Assembly (NCBI RefSeq): GCF_009914755.1
Contig: NC_060926.1
DNA: 64,000 nucleotides
Strand: one strand, 5' to 3'
From: the human T2T-CHM13v2.0 reference genome, Homo sapiens
In this document: piece after piece, positions 27,701 through 41,990 of the stretch
Layout: each line of letters begins with the position of its first letter
Numbering within the stretch: position 1 is the stretch's first letter
Program-made: the position numbers and the translations under genes
The notes under the pieces: generated by a model
What the model was told of the DNA's origin: nothing
Database searches by the model: none
The model's input: only the letters and a program-made list of their open reading frames with translations

Positions 27701-28809
27701 AGTTTTATTCACTGTTGCTGTTGGTTTGTTTTATTTATTTATATTGTTTTAAACTAACCGCTTATGGAAGAAATCTTATTCAAGGGAAAAATGCAATTTT
27801 AATCAATTTTAAACAGGTTACATTTAACATGTTTAAGTCTGATTTTCAAATTCTCAACCTTTGACATAAAATGCATTTTACAATTTTGTGCATTTTATTG
27901 AACAGTCTAGAACATTACTTTCTAAAAGTTTACATTTTTAGTCTTAAAGCAGTTATAATCTATAGTATATTACCAAATGTGAAGGTAACTAAGAGATAAG
28001 AGTAGAATTCTAGCTTGACATTCTTAGTGCAGCCATTATCCTTAAATCATCTACATTTAGAATGCAAATCATTTCTTATGCAAATCACTTATTGTAATGT
28101 GCAATTCCAGAAAAACAAAAGCACTTGAGTTCTGCATTATCATGGTATTACTCTAAAATGTGCAGAATATCCTCAGAATTAGAAGGGATGACATGATAAA
28201 ACACCTGATATATATATAATTTAAAAGGACCTACACACTTTCTTTAAGCTTGGACAGACGTTGAAAAACATAGTGCATCACCTCCATTTTTTCCTCATTT
28301 TTACTAGTTTATTCCATAATCCTCTGGCAGATAACAATTTTTAGAATAATTCAGGAGAATGAATCAATGTAATGCAGGGAGAGACTGCTAGGTAAGACTG
28401 CTAACCTAATTTAGCAGACGTGAGAAATTTAAATGAATTTCACATAAGCATTTAGAATTGCTGTGGATCATCGCAAATAGATATTTTTAGAAAGAGCCTT
28501 GGTTTTAGATTGTTTGCCAAAATATTAATAATTAAGGGGGCTTATCATATAAATAACACATATAATTTGACTCAGATGTATGAGTAGGCAGTTGCAGGCA
28601 ATTGTCTCATTACTAAGATTTCTTGAGGAACAGAAAGGAATAATATGTCCCCCAAATATATTCCTTTTCCACTAACTGATACTTGAATTTCTATCTTAGA
28701 AATGTGTGCCTTTGGCTTAAGGCTTAATACCTATTAAAATGCAAATGCACGCCAAAAGAGGCAGGATTATTGTGGTTGCTGAAAATAAGTATATCAATAT
28801 AAATGTACA

Positions 28810-29170
28810 CATACGATTTGTTCATAGTGGTGTAGTTTAATATAGAAACACAAAACCCACCCAAATATCAATGGTAGAGGATGAGTGAAGGGAAAATTAA
28901 TATATTAATAAAATAGAACACACACTGCCATTAAAATTAAAATAAAGGGTGATATATGCTGATAGGAAATTAGACCACCATGTATAAAGTAAGCAAGGTG
29001 GGGCAGAGAACTCAGATAGTTAAGGGCAGTGAAAGGGAGTCTATTACTGTAAATAGAGCAAAATAAAATATTCAGAGCAGACTTTCCTGGAAGATGGATT
29101 ATAGAAGTATTTGATTTCATCTTTTATTATAAAATTGTCTGTGTTTTCTAATTTTAAATATAATGAATAT
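28810..29170 (+). mobile_element. Degraded L1ME 3' fragment
   Basis: gttcatagtggtgtagtttaatatag...acccaaatatcaatggtagaggatga. Confidence 0.5.
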
Positions 29171-29196
29171 GTCATGTGTGATATCTATCAATATAC

Positions 29197-29222
29197 GTGT
29201 GTGTGTGTGTGTGTGTGTGTGT
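29197..29222. repeat. (GT)13 microsatellite
   Basis: Visible directly. Confidence 0.95.
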
Positions 29223-29299
29223 ATAACTTTTTCTTTGTTTGAATTCAGGATATGAAAACAGCTTTGCTAGAATGTTGGGAAAACCCCAGGATATTCTCT

Positions 29300-29345
29300 A
29301 CATCCATAGTGTAATAACTGGCACATCTATAGTGTAATAACTGGC
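29300..29345. repeat. 23-bp tandem duplication
   Basis: acatc(c/t)atagtgtaataactggc x2. Confidence 0.9.
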
Positions 29346-30465
29346 TAAAATGCAAATTTTGTTCAAAGTACCAGGATCTAACAGGTGCTACCTTCCAAAG
29401 TACGTGCTAGATTGTATGCAGAATTTACAAAGAAAGTGGCCAAAAGTCTCTTGAACACATTGTAATGATATAAAGGGTAAAGAAAGTTGAAAAAAGTAGA
29501 GGATGTTGTGTGGAAGATTTGCTTGGAAGAAGCTGTTTTGGTATCATCTTTACACACACACACCCTTCACCCAAGAAAAAGTGGTAGGTTTCTTGGCTCC
29601 TCAGCTTAAATTAACTATAGTGATAGGGACTTCCACAGGCACCTTGAAGAGCTTCTTATGTGTTGCCAACAGTGAGCCTAGCAGAGTGGGATGGTATCTG
29701 ATTTCTGTTGGTATATCCAGAGGATAAACAATGGGTTTTCCAGAGCAAAGAAAAGTTAGTGTTGTGTTGAAATTGAATTTCATTTTCAAAGTTTGTCTGG
29801 ATGAAAATAGGTACATGTGTTTTCCATGGAAGAGAGGAGGGCTATGTGGGAGAGAGTCAGTTTGGAGCTGTTTCAAATCCTGATGAGATCCCCCCATCCC
29901 ACAACGGAAAGAGTGTGTGAGTGCATTGCCAAATCAAGCAAATAAACAGAAAACAAACAGAAACCAATCAAGTGTGGACAGGCACCACATAAATCCAGAT
30001 AAAAAGTATATTCTTTGTCTTTTATTGCTAATAGGGCTACTAAGGATCTATCAATGCATTCACAAAAAAAGAAATATGTTTCAACATCTCTTAGGCTCAG
30101 AGATAACAAATCCTTTTTACAGTAATACCAGTCAACCAAGATGTTTCCCGGGCAGTTCGAAACAGCAGTTAGGAAGTGTGGGAGGGGGTCAGCAAGAATG
30201 AGAGAAGTTGACTATACTTTCTCTTTTTTCCTAGGTAGCAAATAGCCCATTTGCACCTGGTCCTACTGGGGGAATGGGGGAAAATGCTTCCAATTTATAT
30301 AAAGTATTGATCATACTTGATGGACTTAATATTTTGATTTACCAACTTGAGACTTCACGTACTAAGAAGATAATAGTATATCTCTGTTACCCCAAAGAGC
30401 ATTTAGAGACCACACCTTGGGTAACTTGAAATTGACATTGTTGAAAGTATTTACAACCTAGAAAT

Positions 30466-31181
30466 GGTTACCAGCGGTGAATCTGTATCCAAATGGGTCT
30501 GCAGCAACCTCAATTCTTGCCTCCTCAGAAGAAGGAATTCGACCTAGGAGGCTGAAGGGCGAAGTAGTGACCCAGGAAAGTCTTAGAGCAGGAATCAAAG
30601 TTTATTAAAAAGCTTTTGAGCAGGAACAAAAGAAAGGGAAGTATACTTGGAAGAGGGCCAAGTGGGCAACTTCAAAGACAAGTGCCGATTTGACATTTTG
30701 ACTTGAGATTCTATATGTTGCACACTTCTGGGGTCTTGTGTTACTTCTCTCCTGATTCTTCCTGTGAAGTGATCTGCCACATGTGCAGTGGCCTGCTAGA
30801 ACTTGGGAGGGGAGCATGTGCGGTGTGTTTACTGGAGTTCTACACATAGTCCCTTTTGGCTTTCTTCCCTTACTAGTAGAATGTTCCTAGAGGAAGGTCA
30901 TACACCAGTTAAACTCCGTCATTTTGTCTCTTAATGTGCATGCTTGAGCCAACTCACCCAACTTCCTGAGATCTTATCGGGAAGCTGCTGATCACCAGTT
31001 TCATGTGTTTTCCATCTACTGGGAGACGGCCCTTCCCTGGCGCTGGCTGTGATCAATTATTATTTTAGAGAGAAAATTAGCAACTGCCTGACTATCACCT
31101 GATGGTCATCTGATATTTCTGGGTTGGGGAGGTGGGCCCTCTCCTGCCCTGTTCATGTCTGACTAGCTACCTACTGTAACA
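30466..31181 (-). mobile_element. MER50 solo LTR (ERV1)
   Basis: Minus strand begins tgttacagtaggtagctagtcagacatgaacagggcaggagaggg; 716 bp; 4-bp TSD aaat/aaat. Confidence 0.85.
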
Positions 31182-31187
31182 AAATCA

Positions 31188-31510
<323 letters not shown>

Positions 31511-31619
31511 AAAAATTAAGTGTGATTTATTGTTTTGTTGTGTATCTAGACTTAAGTGATAGAGAAAATATTAATAATATAGATTAAATTTTAAAAGGTA
31601 CTGTGCCCGAAGCTACTTA

Positions 31620-31680
31620 TTAGGTTGGTGCAAAAGTAATGACATTTTTAAAAACCTCAATTACTTTTACACCAAACTAA
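31620..31680. mobile_element. MADE1 mariner (Hsmar1) MITE, internally shortened
   Basis: ttaggttggtgcaaaagtaat...attacttttacaccaaactaa inverted ends with TA on both sides. Confidence 0.9.
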
Positions 31681-32129
31681 TAAATGTAAATAGCATGAAA
31701 ATGAGAAAAATTCTTCCAGTTTTTGAAAACTATCTTCTGATTGAACAAAAAAGTAACTCATGTCATTGATAAACAAGTGAAATTTCAATATACATCTGTC
31801 TTGTTTCACTTTTGTCTTACTCATTAATTTAAAAAAATCAGACAATACTCATGTTGGAATGACAGTTGGAAAGCCAGTTGTTAAACATTTTCATCAGCAC
31901 ACCACTCTACCTAGAGTTAATAGATGTATTGCTCCAAAGGTGAACTTGTCTTAACAAAGAAATGCTAGTGATGGACTGGATTTGAAGAATTCTTCTCTTT
32001 CTTACCCCAGACACAATTAAATGTTAAGAGAAAAAAAGACAACTAAATAAAACACTGCATGTGAGTAACATGAGGCTTCTTTCCAATTTTGACACTTCCT
32101 TGCTTACAATTTTTTGCTTATAAAACAAT

Positions 32130-32320
32130 CCTACAATATCCAGACCATGGGAACACTGGAAATAAGAATATATCTGCATTTCTTATTGAAAGTTACAATA
32201 ACATTTTGGCAGCACCATATGTGATTTTTCTGTTTTGTACTACAACAGTTTGAACCTAGCACCATAGTAACAAATTGTAGATGCTCAACAAAATATTTTA
32301 AAATGGGTGAATGCATTAGT
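32130..32320 (+). mobile_element. L2 3' end fragment
   Basis: cctagcaccatagtaacaaattgtagatgctcaacaaaatattttaaaatgggtgaatg resembles the L2 tail. Confidence 0.55.
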
Positions 32321-32469
32321 CAATTAATTACTCAAGTAATCTTGCAACCACCAATGATTCAATAAATCAAGTAGTCAATTGCTATTATCACAAGTAATGT
32401 TGCCTTCAGTACCTTCAATACTTTATTTTATTTCTAAAATATTATTCCCCAATTAAAAGATTAAAAGGT

Positions 32470-32900
32470 TATGTCAGTTAAGAAATTTAAAGTTTCAAGT
32501 AACAGAAATCTTAATTCAAACTGAATGAAAATAAAATGAAAAAAAGTTTTAGCTCGTGTAAATTAAAATTGCATAGTCAGATACAGCTTGATCCAGTAAT
32601 TCAATGTATCACTGATATCCACTTTCCTCTGATCCATTTCTCAGACGTAATGCCCAGTGTGTTATTTCCATTCTGATTCTGGGTTTAAGATAGCTCCAGT
32701 CCTACGTATATTAATATTCAAGAAACAATAAATGTCTCATTGGCTCTAGTGGTACCTTTTGTTCACACCTGAATAACATTCTATGTCCAGAGAAATGAAA
32801 CTCCCTGGGTGTTTTACTTACAGTTCATGGATTCTACCCTTGGGGTAGTTGTGGGAAACAGCTTCTAAGAAGACATGTGGACTGAAAATGGGAGGTATAT
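32470..32900. mobile_element. Ancient MLT1-like (MaLR) LTR, degraded
   Basis: tgtcagttaag...caagtaacagaaatc...cagcttgatccag...ctcattggctc. Confidence 0.4.
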
Positions 32901-33465
32901 ATATGTGCACAGCCCTCTCAGGGACATCATTAAAAAGCAGCTGCCTTGGTGCCTTCCAGAACACATCCTTCATCTAGGTGGGGACCAATGTAACTAATCT
33001 TTATCAATGGACTATGAGCAGATTTGATACGTATCCCTTCTAGGGCAAGGTGGTTAGGTTAGACCTATCTCCTCTTCCTTTGGCTAGAACCCAGGACTCT
33101 AAAGGCCTGTTAAACTAATAAACTTCAAGGAATCATTTATATTAGCAGTATAAATGAGATGACAGGTAAGGGTGGATGTTGGGAGCAAAAAAATATATAT
33201 ACACCATGCAAATAAAGTACAAACCAACCCAACATACAAATAAAAGTAACAAGCAAAACCAAGGAAAACAATATAACAAAACACAGCAATTTCTCAATAC
33301 CTTTCATTTGCTCTTGCTATACCCTGCCATCAAGTCCGTGTGGCACCTATGTTTTCTTTATTCTCAATATTTAAACATCTCCCTACTCTTATTTACCAAA
33401 TATTCCTAAACCTCTTAAGTTGACTCTTTAACTGGTAAAGGAACATAGTTAACAGATCGTGTCTG

Positions 33466-33467
<2 letters not shown>

Positions 33468-33507
<40 letters not shown>
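33468..33507. repeat. (CA)20 microsatellite
   Basis: Visible directly. Confidence 0.95.
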
Positions 33508-33509
<2 letters not shown>

Positions 33510-34240
33510 TACCACCCAACAGGTTCTCCTTCAGCTGCCTAGACAGAGTCATTTTATCAAGACAGGGAAATTGTGATAGAGAAAGAGTAATTCATGCAGA
33601 GCTGGATGTACAGGAGACTGGAGTTTTATTGTTACTCACATCAGTCTCCAAGAAAACTCGAGAATCAGGGTTTTTAAGGATAATTTTGTGGGTAAGGGGT
33701 TGGAAAGTGGGGAGTGCTGATGGGTCAGGCCGGAGATGAAATCATAGGCAGTCAAGTCAAAGCTGTCCTCTTGCATTAAGTTCCTGGGTGGGGGCCACAA
33801 AACCAGATGAGCCAGTTTATCCATCTGGGTGGTGCCAGCTGATCTGTTGAGTGCAGGGTCTGCAAAAATATCTCAAACACTGATCTTAGGTTTTAAAAAT
33901 ACAACAGTAATGTTATCTCTAGGAGCAATTCGGAACATTTAGAATCTTGCAGCCTCCAGCTGCATGACTTCTACACCATAATTTCTAATCTTACAGCTAA
34001 CTTGTTAGTCCTACAAAGACATTCTAGTCCCCAGGCAGGAAGAGGATTTCTTTTGGAAAAGGGTTGTGACTGTCTTTGTTTCAAAACTAAACTATAAAGT
34101 AAATTCCTCCCAAAGTTAGTTTGGCCTATGCCCAGGAATGAACAAGCACAGCTTGGAGTTTAGAAGCAAGTTGGAGTCAGTTAGTTCAGATCTCTTTCAC
34201 TGTAATAAGTGTCTCAGTTATTTTCGCAAAGGCGATTGCA
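33508..34240 (-). mobile_element. LTR8/LTR8A solo LTR (ERV1)
   Basis: Minus strand begins tgcaatcgcctttgcgaaaataactgag...cagtgaaagagatctgaactaactgactcc...gttcattcctgggcataggcc; ~730 bp. Confidence 0.85.
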
Positions 34241-34989
34241 CACACACACCCATGCACTTTGAAACCCACACCATACAAGCACATGCTTAAAAATAATTTA
34301 CTCCTCAAGACACATTTCAATTATGTACGTAATTCAATTTTAACATGAAGCACCTGAAATCATCTTTTTCAAAATGAACTTCCATTTTTTCCTCTTCAAT
34401 TTATCATAATTTAAAAGTACCTCATTTCTGATAGTAGTGATAATTGATTGCTTAACTCGTTAAAAATTTAAAGAAAAATAAAATTTTATTATATGTGCTC
34501 AGCTGCATTTAGGAATCTTGATGCCCATACTCCTAACCTTTAATCCCAATATGTACGTTAATAAAGATACTGATTATATTATTATGTAGTCACAGAAAAT
34601 ATTCTCTCTCATTTTCCTAACCAATGAACTAACTTATCATGTAAGAAAAATAAATTGATCATCTATGCTATTAATGAGAAGATAATGATAATGTGAAACA
34701 TATGACAAATAGTCCACAAATTTCAATTGGTGTTATGGTAGATGGAAATTTGGAAATTAAACCAATAACAACAATAGAATATTGGGAAAAGGGTCTTTGA
34801 AAATATTTTAATGGCCATTCATGTAAACTGATCTCATACATCCATAGAATGAATAAATTACCAAACTTTGTGGAACCTACAGTATGAATAGCAATGAACC
34901 AGGAAGAAATGAAGGAGGAAAATAAAGAAATACAGCAGAGAAAACAACAAGAAAAGAATCTTGAGAGAGGTGGCTGCTTGGTTTAGTTG

Positions 34990-35270
34990 AAGTACTGCAA
35001 GAGGAAAAAAACAGATAATAGAAACAGACTCATAGATGATTCAATATTGGAGTTTTTAGACAAAGATTTTAAAATAACTGTTATTATGCTAAAACTAATA
35101 GATCTCAAGATGGGGGATTTCCGTACGGAAGTAGAATCTGTATACAAGTATCAAATCAAAATTCCAAACCTATGAACATAATAATTGTAATCAATAACTT
35201 CACAAATAGATTGAAATGGAAACTGGGCAAAGCTGACAGAATATTATTTAGTGAACTAGATAAAATAATA
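34990..35270 (+). mobile_element. Old L1 5'/ORF1 fragment
   Basis: gatgattcaatattggagtttttagacaaagattttaaaataactg; ORF 34987-35175 (ILEFLDKDFKITVI) resembles L1M ORF1. Confidence 0.65.
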
Positions 35271-36924
35271 GAAAGTGACTTTTAGTTTAGTGGCTTTCAG
35301 GTATAAGTATAAATATATATATATATATATTTTAACATCATCCACAGAAAGGAATACATTTTACTAAACTAATAGTACTTCTCATGAAACAATACTTACT
35401 CTGATTATATTTCATTTAACTTTATTCAATAATATACTAATAGTATATTTAACTTCTCAATGTATGTAGTATAAACATCACCTATATAAACATACAGCCA
35501 AACAAACTATAGTTAAGCTTAACAGCCTTTTCAATATCTCACAAATAGAGCTATAAATAGAATTCAATGTTCAGTAACATCATGTTTTTTACATACCATG
35601 AGTTTTTTTATATTACAGCCAATACTGTCAATTCCTGTTAGAAATTCCATTAACAAGTAGTAACTCTTGGTTCAAGCATTTATAATTATTGTTTGTCTTC
35701 AATGTTATCAATGTTTGTCTTCAGTGTTTATCAATCAATACAATATTTGCACCTGCCTATAATATGAAAATAGTTTTTACGATAAATGTCAAAATTGGAA
35801 AGCAAAATTGTACTAAATCAGTACAACCATGTAACAAAATTATACTCATACAGAGAGGGAGTAAAAGAAACATGGAAAAAATTATTGACTTGATGAATTG
35901 ATAAGTTTTTTGATCATTTCTCTATAGCTATATTTTCCTTTCTGCAACACAGGGGAATCAGAAGGATGGAAGATGATACCCAGAAGAATGTTGCTTCATT
36001 TTAAATTATGATAAATTAATTTCAGATATCATTATAAATCCAAGTTTCTGACTTCATTATAGAAAGGTCTGGAATATTTTGTAAATGATTTTAAACTAAA
36101 TATCTTTTCTGATTACATACACACATTCAATTAGCAGTCCATTAGATGGGGTCGATTGGTTAGAGTAAGTATTTTACATTCTAATCTTATTTTTGTATCT
36201 GAACCATGCTGGCGTACCCATTACACTTTACATCTCATGTTTATCTTCTATAAGAAAGAAGATTGTAACACAAATTTATACAGTACAACTATTTTGAGAG
36301 TTGATTAAATAATGATTGAAAGACCTATAAAACGATTAGTGCTGCAACATTGCCAATAGAAGTTATGTTTATGCAACTGATAAAAAATACATTTAACAAG
36401 CTAGTCATATTATTCATTATTTTCTGAATATTGTCCTGACATATCCAGAAATTATATTTTGGTAAGTGTCATCATATTGCCATTGTTGATTAATTTTGGT
36501 CTTCTACAAGGTGTAGCTTATAATATCTTTCACAAAAAAAAGTTTTATAATTACTCACTAGATAACTATATTCATTATCATCATACGATAGTGCCTATTT
36601 GTGCATGGTCCTCTGTGAAGTACTATCCAGAAAAGTTTCACTGAAAGAGCCCAACAGGTATTTTTCATCTGCTAACCCACGAAGCCTTAAATGACATTAT
36701 TGATCAATATTTTTTCTCTTTCTGCTCCACTGGTACATTTTTTCAAAGGAAAGCAAAATAGTGTATCAGAAAAAATGAATATTTAAGTAAAAAGGAAATA
36801 GGTTTGCATTCTAGTACATGATTAGTAGCTATTTCTCCCTCTGAAAAATATTTGTTGGGCATGGACTGTCATCAGTGATCAAAACACAGACCCCTGTCTC
36901 TCTGTTGCTTGATATAAAAAATGA

Positions 36925-37020
36925 AGTTAACCATTCCTCACTCAATTTCCTTATTTGTAAATGGGAGATAATAGGATTATAGTATATTATTCCCAAGGTT
37001 GTTTTGACTATTAAATGTAT
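36925..37020 (+). mobile_element. MIR core fragment
   Basis: ctcaatttccttatttgtaaatgggagataata...aaggttgttttgactattaaatg. Confidence 0.6.
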
Positions 37021-37459
37021 GTATCTTCATATCAATATTTGTATTGACAGATATACCAATATTTTTGCATTTATTTAACACATCTTCAGTTTTCTCCTAA
37101 TAGAGTCAGCAATATTTATCTAAGCCAGTTTGTAGCTATTTTGTGTTTTTTGTTACCAACTTTTTACTCAAAGGAGAAAACAGGCTTTCAATTTATTTAA
37201 TGACTCCCATTGCTGGTGTGTTAGCAGGCCTGCTCAGGTCTTTTCATCATTTGTGTCCTATCACATTGGCACTATCACCCTTTCACTGTGTTATGATCCA
37301 GGCTTAACTGCCAGTAAAATGATATTAAGAACATCATAGATTCAATCATTTTTTTTCTTCATCTCCAAACAAGGGCATCAATTACTTTAGATGCTGACAG
37401 TCTGATTAATTGCATACTCACTGAATTAGAGCAATAAATAGTCCATTATAAACACGCAT

Positions 37460-38610
37460 AGACTTAAATATAAAACCCAAAACTATAAAAACCCTGGAGG
37501 ATAACCTAGGGAATACAATTCTGGACATGAAACGGGCAAAGATTTCATGAATAAAATGCCAGAAGCAATTGTGACAAAAGCAAAAATTGACAAGTGGGAT
37601 CTTATTAAAATACAGAGCTTCTTCACAGCAAAAGAAACTGTCAAGAGTAAAGAGACCACCTTCAGGATGAGAGAAAAATTTCAAAAACTATTCATCTGAC
37701 AAATGTCTAATATCCAGCATCTATAAGAAACTTAAACAAATTAATGAGAAAAAAACAACCCCATTAAAAAATGGGCAAAGGAGATAAATAGACACTTTTC
37801 AAAAGCAGACATACATGCAGCCACAATCATATGAAAACAAGCTCAACATCACTGATTATTAGAGAAATGCCAACAAAACCACAGTAAGGTACCATCTCAC
37901 ATCAGTAAAAATGGCTATTATTCAAAAGTCAAAAAATGACAGGTGCTGGTGAGGTTGTGGAGAAAAGAGAATGCTTATAACACTGTTGGTGGGAGTGTAA
38001 ATTAATTCAATCATTGTGCAAAGCAGTGTGTTGGTTCCTCAAAGAGCTAAAAATAGAACTTCCATTTGACCCAGCAATCCCATTACTGGTCATATACCCA
38101 AAGGAATATAAATCATTCTGTCATAAAGACACATGTACACATATGTTCATTGCAGCACTATTCACAAGAGCAAAGACATGGAATCAACCTAAATATCCAT
38201 TAATGGCAGACTGGATAAAGAAAATGTGGCACATATAGACCATAGAATACTATGCAGCCATAAAAAAGCATGAGATTAGGTCCTTTGCAGGAACATTGAT
38301 GGAGCTGGAGGCCATTATCCTTAACAAACTAACTCAGGAACGGAAAACCAAATATTTATGTCCTTACTTATAGGTGGGAGCTAAATGATGAGAACACATG
38401 GGCACATAGAGGAGAACAACAGACACTGGGGCCTACCTGAGGGTGGAGGTTGGCAGGAGGTGGAGGTTCAGGAAGAATACCAAATGGGTACTAGGCTTAA
38501 TGCCTGGGTGACAAAATGATCTGTACAACAAACCCCCATGTCACAGATTCATCTGTATAACAAATATGCACATGTACCCCTAAACTTCAAAATAATAGTT
38601 TAAAAACAGA
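37460..38610 (+). mobile_element. 5'-truncated L1PA (PA13-16 age) ORF2 end and 3'UTR
   Basis: ORF2 C-terminal peptide ELPFDPAIPLL...TWNQPK..WIKKMWHI; 3'UTR tctgtacaacaaacccccatg...catgtacccctaaact. Confidence 0.92.
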
Positions 38611-39434
38611 AATAAGGAAAAATTACTGATTTCTCATATACATGTGTACACATGCACACACACAGTCACATACACGTACACATTTATTTGATTGTCTTGT
38701 GCAAATTTTACTTTCCACAAGTTACTGCTTATGAAAATATAGTCGTTTTTAAAACATTTTTTCAATAAAAATGTTCACATCTAACTTTTCTATAATGGGC
38801 CATTACTGTAAAGAAAAATCTCCAAAGAAAGATTGATATAACTAGAAATTAAGAGAGGAAATGGAAGTGGCCTGCCACAGTGTGGTGAAATTCTAGAGTT
38901 CTAGAACCGTCCAGATGCCAGCTATGAATATGACTTTGGCCTACTTATTTAAAAATTTAGGGCTTCACTTTTCACATGTATCTAAGCTCAAGTTTATAAA
39001 ATGTAATATATTTAATACAGGTAATGGTGAAATTGAAGTAGGTATTAGTAGGAGATTCAAACATTTAGACTTGGAAACTTCTATGAGGGAATTAAAACTT
39101 ATTTCTAGGGATCATTACTTTTACTTCAAATTTAGATCAGAGGCTTTATTTCAGGAGGTGATGTTGTCCAATTAGAGGGGAGGCAAAACAGACTGCCCAC
39201 TCTGAGTAGGTAAGTACTTCACTTCTGCAACAGGAACATGAGAGCTTGTTTCAAAGGACAAGTGGACTGGGAGATGTATGCTCTATACCTCAACACAGGA
39301 GCTAGAACCCCAAAGATGCCTTGCTGGATCTATTCAGATTACTACTGTAGGGCTCAGCTGATGTACAGCTGACAGAGGAAGAGCAACCTGTCAACTGCTT
39401 GTGACAGACTAGGTAATCAGAATTGATAGCAATC

Positions 39435-39690
39435 ATCATAATACAAGCAACAACTAACATCTATTTAATCCTTACTCTATGACAGTCACCGCTCCAAAAA
39501 TAGAATAGATATTAGTCTATTTTTTCAAACATATGTGATACATACTATTACTATTTTCATTTTACAGATGAGGAAACTGACGCATGAACTTTTATATAAA
39601 TGTTTAAAGAATATGCAGCTAATATTTGGTGAAACCAGTGTTAGAACACAGGCAGCTAGACTCCAGAGCTCACACCCTTAGTCACTAGGA
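39435..39690 (-). mobile_element. MIR
   Basis: cattttacagatgaggaaactga core; gactccagagctcacacccttagtcacta. Confidence 0.8.
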
Positions 39691-40112
39691 TGGCCCATCG
39701 AAGGCTGGCCCAGATCAGTTGCTCCTGAGCATGTGGGGGAACACAAGTAGGAATATAAGTCCCCTTCAGTGCTGGAGGTAGATTCAGTCCTGCCCAGGTT
39801 GATTTTTACACTAAATTAAGTCATATGGACAATGACTAACCTGCAGAACTAAGTTAGGCAATGAACTCCCTCCGAATAAAGAAAAGTGTGGGAGCTGTAA
39901 CTTCTAAGCATCCTCCCTCTGACACAGAGTTTGTGTGGGCTGAGACCAAACTGGTCTCCAGCAGGGGGACAATGGAGAATGCTCAGCTGCTTCCAAGAAT
40001 AACTGTATCTCCATATAAAGGGAAGGATGGTATCATTCATATAAAAACTAAACCTAATGATAGAAGACAGATAGGTAGAAGGCTGCTAGGCTGAGGGTTA
40101 TCAGACCTTTCA

Positions 40113-40184
40113 CTATATATATATAGATACATGTATATCTATCTATCTACATGTGCGCACACACACACACACACACACACACAC

Positions 40185-40215
<31 letters not shown>

Positions 40216-40220
40216 CAATA
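40113..40220. repeat. Compound microsatellite (TA)n..(CA)n(CT)n(TA)n
   Basis: Visible directly. Confidence 0.9.
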
Positions 40221-41087
40221 TATGTATGTATAATGAACATATGTGTTTTGGTGGGGGTGTGGGTGTGGGTGGGTGTGTATAGATTAGATATAATTTTTTA
40301 ACCAAGCAATTGACCTAATCATTGATCATAAAATGGACTAGGAAAGGCAAGAATGTGTTTCTCCATGACAAGATGTTTACTGAGTGTCTACTATTGAATT
40401 AGAATGGTATTAGAAATGAAAAAACAAATAATTATGACATATATCTAATTTTCAAGGAGTTCTGTCTTTCTAAAGGGAATAATTTATATATTTTAAAATT
40501 TAGATTAAAATCATACTAAAAATCTACATTCTATGAAAAAGGAGTGTGATAGACTGAGTTTTGAAAGTGTAGAGTATGAGTGTGGTAAATTATTCCTTTG
40601 GCTCTTGCAACTTTTGACAGAGAACAAATTTGTAAGGCTGGAAGCCATTTGTCTGTCAACAGAAATGTCAGCAAAATTCTCATAATGCAAGTCTTCTTAG
40701 GCTGCATAAGAATTCAATCCTTGTGTACACTCTTCTTTTAGGTCAAATTTTCATTAAGTTAATCATAATATAGATGATATGTCTGAGCTGTAATTTGTTA
40801 AATTTTTATTCAATATTACCTTTTCATTTGAGTCATGAGTAAGTCTTTGAGTTTGACTATTTTTTATTTAAACATAGAACCATAATTTTACAACTACATA
40901 CATCTCACATGATGCATACAGATGTATAATTATATAATCCTACAAAAAGGAGGCATTATTTAAATAACCCAAATCATTCATTGTTTCAGAAATCCATATT
41001 TATGAAAATATTGCTGAATTAAGCATTATTTCTTGACTTAATATTATAGCTGGTTTTTGTGAACATAACCAATATATAAAAGCCATG

Positions 41088-41410
<323 letters not shown>

Positions 41411-41795
41411 TCAGAGTAAAAGGGTGCTTGAGTAATAAAGAAACAATATGTTCAATATTTCCATCACATAACAAAATTGTGTATTACCAGTATTCTGTTT
41501 TTGCCTCAAAGACCTGCACACATATGACATCACTTCTACTTGGTATGATTCAGGAAACTGTTCCTTGGAGAAAATGTTGGAGCTAATGAAGCTTATTTTA
41601 TTATTGATTTGAGACTTGTGGTTGATTGACTTGTTAACGTAATAAGTCACTTGACTAAATGCAACACTTAAATGAAACACTCTTTCTTGAAATAGCCTTT
41701 GCCAATGATGTCAAAGCAGTTTGATTTGCTTTCAAAGGAAATTCTGCGTTCAGTGCTTAAAGTTATATTTTTCATGTGTAAACAGATATATTAGT

Positions 41796-41990
41796 GCAAG
41801 ATTTTTACATCTGGGAACTACTGGCATTTTAGACCAGGAAATTATTTTTGTGAGGGATGTTCTGTACATTATAGCGTATTTAGCAGCATCTCTGGTCACT
41901 ATTCACTAGATACCAGTAACAACAATCTACTCAAGTTATGACATCCTAAAATGCCTACAAATATTACCTAATGTTCCCTGGAGTTACAAT
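41796..41990 (-). mobile_element. MER20
   Basis: actactggcattttagaccaggaaatt...gtatttagcagcatctctgg...ctagataccagtaac. Confidence 0.75.

Noticed and set aside
31850-31906. Possible hAT transposon terminus (agccagttgttaaacattttcatcagcacaccact); similar hints near 4660-4860 and 57610-57680
   Set aside because: Too short or diverged to assign family or bounds by eye
35689-35736. Short tandem duplications (also 3161-3183, 52440-52480)
   Set aside because: Ordinary slippage duplications
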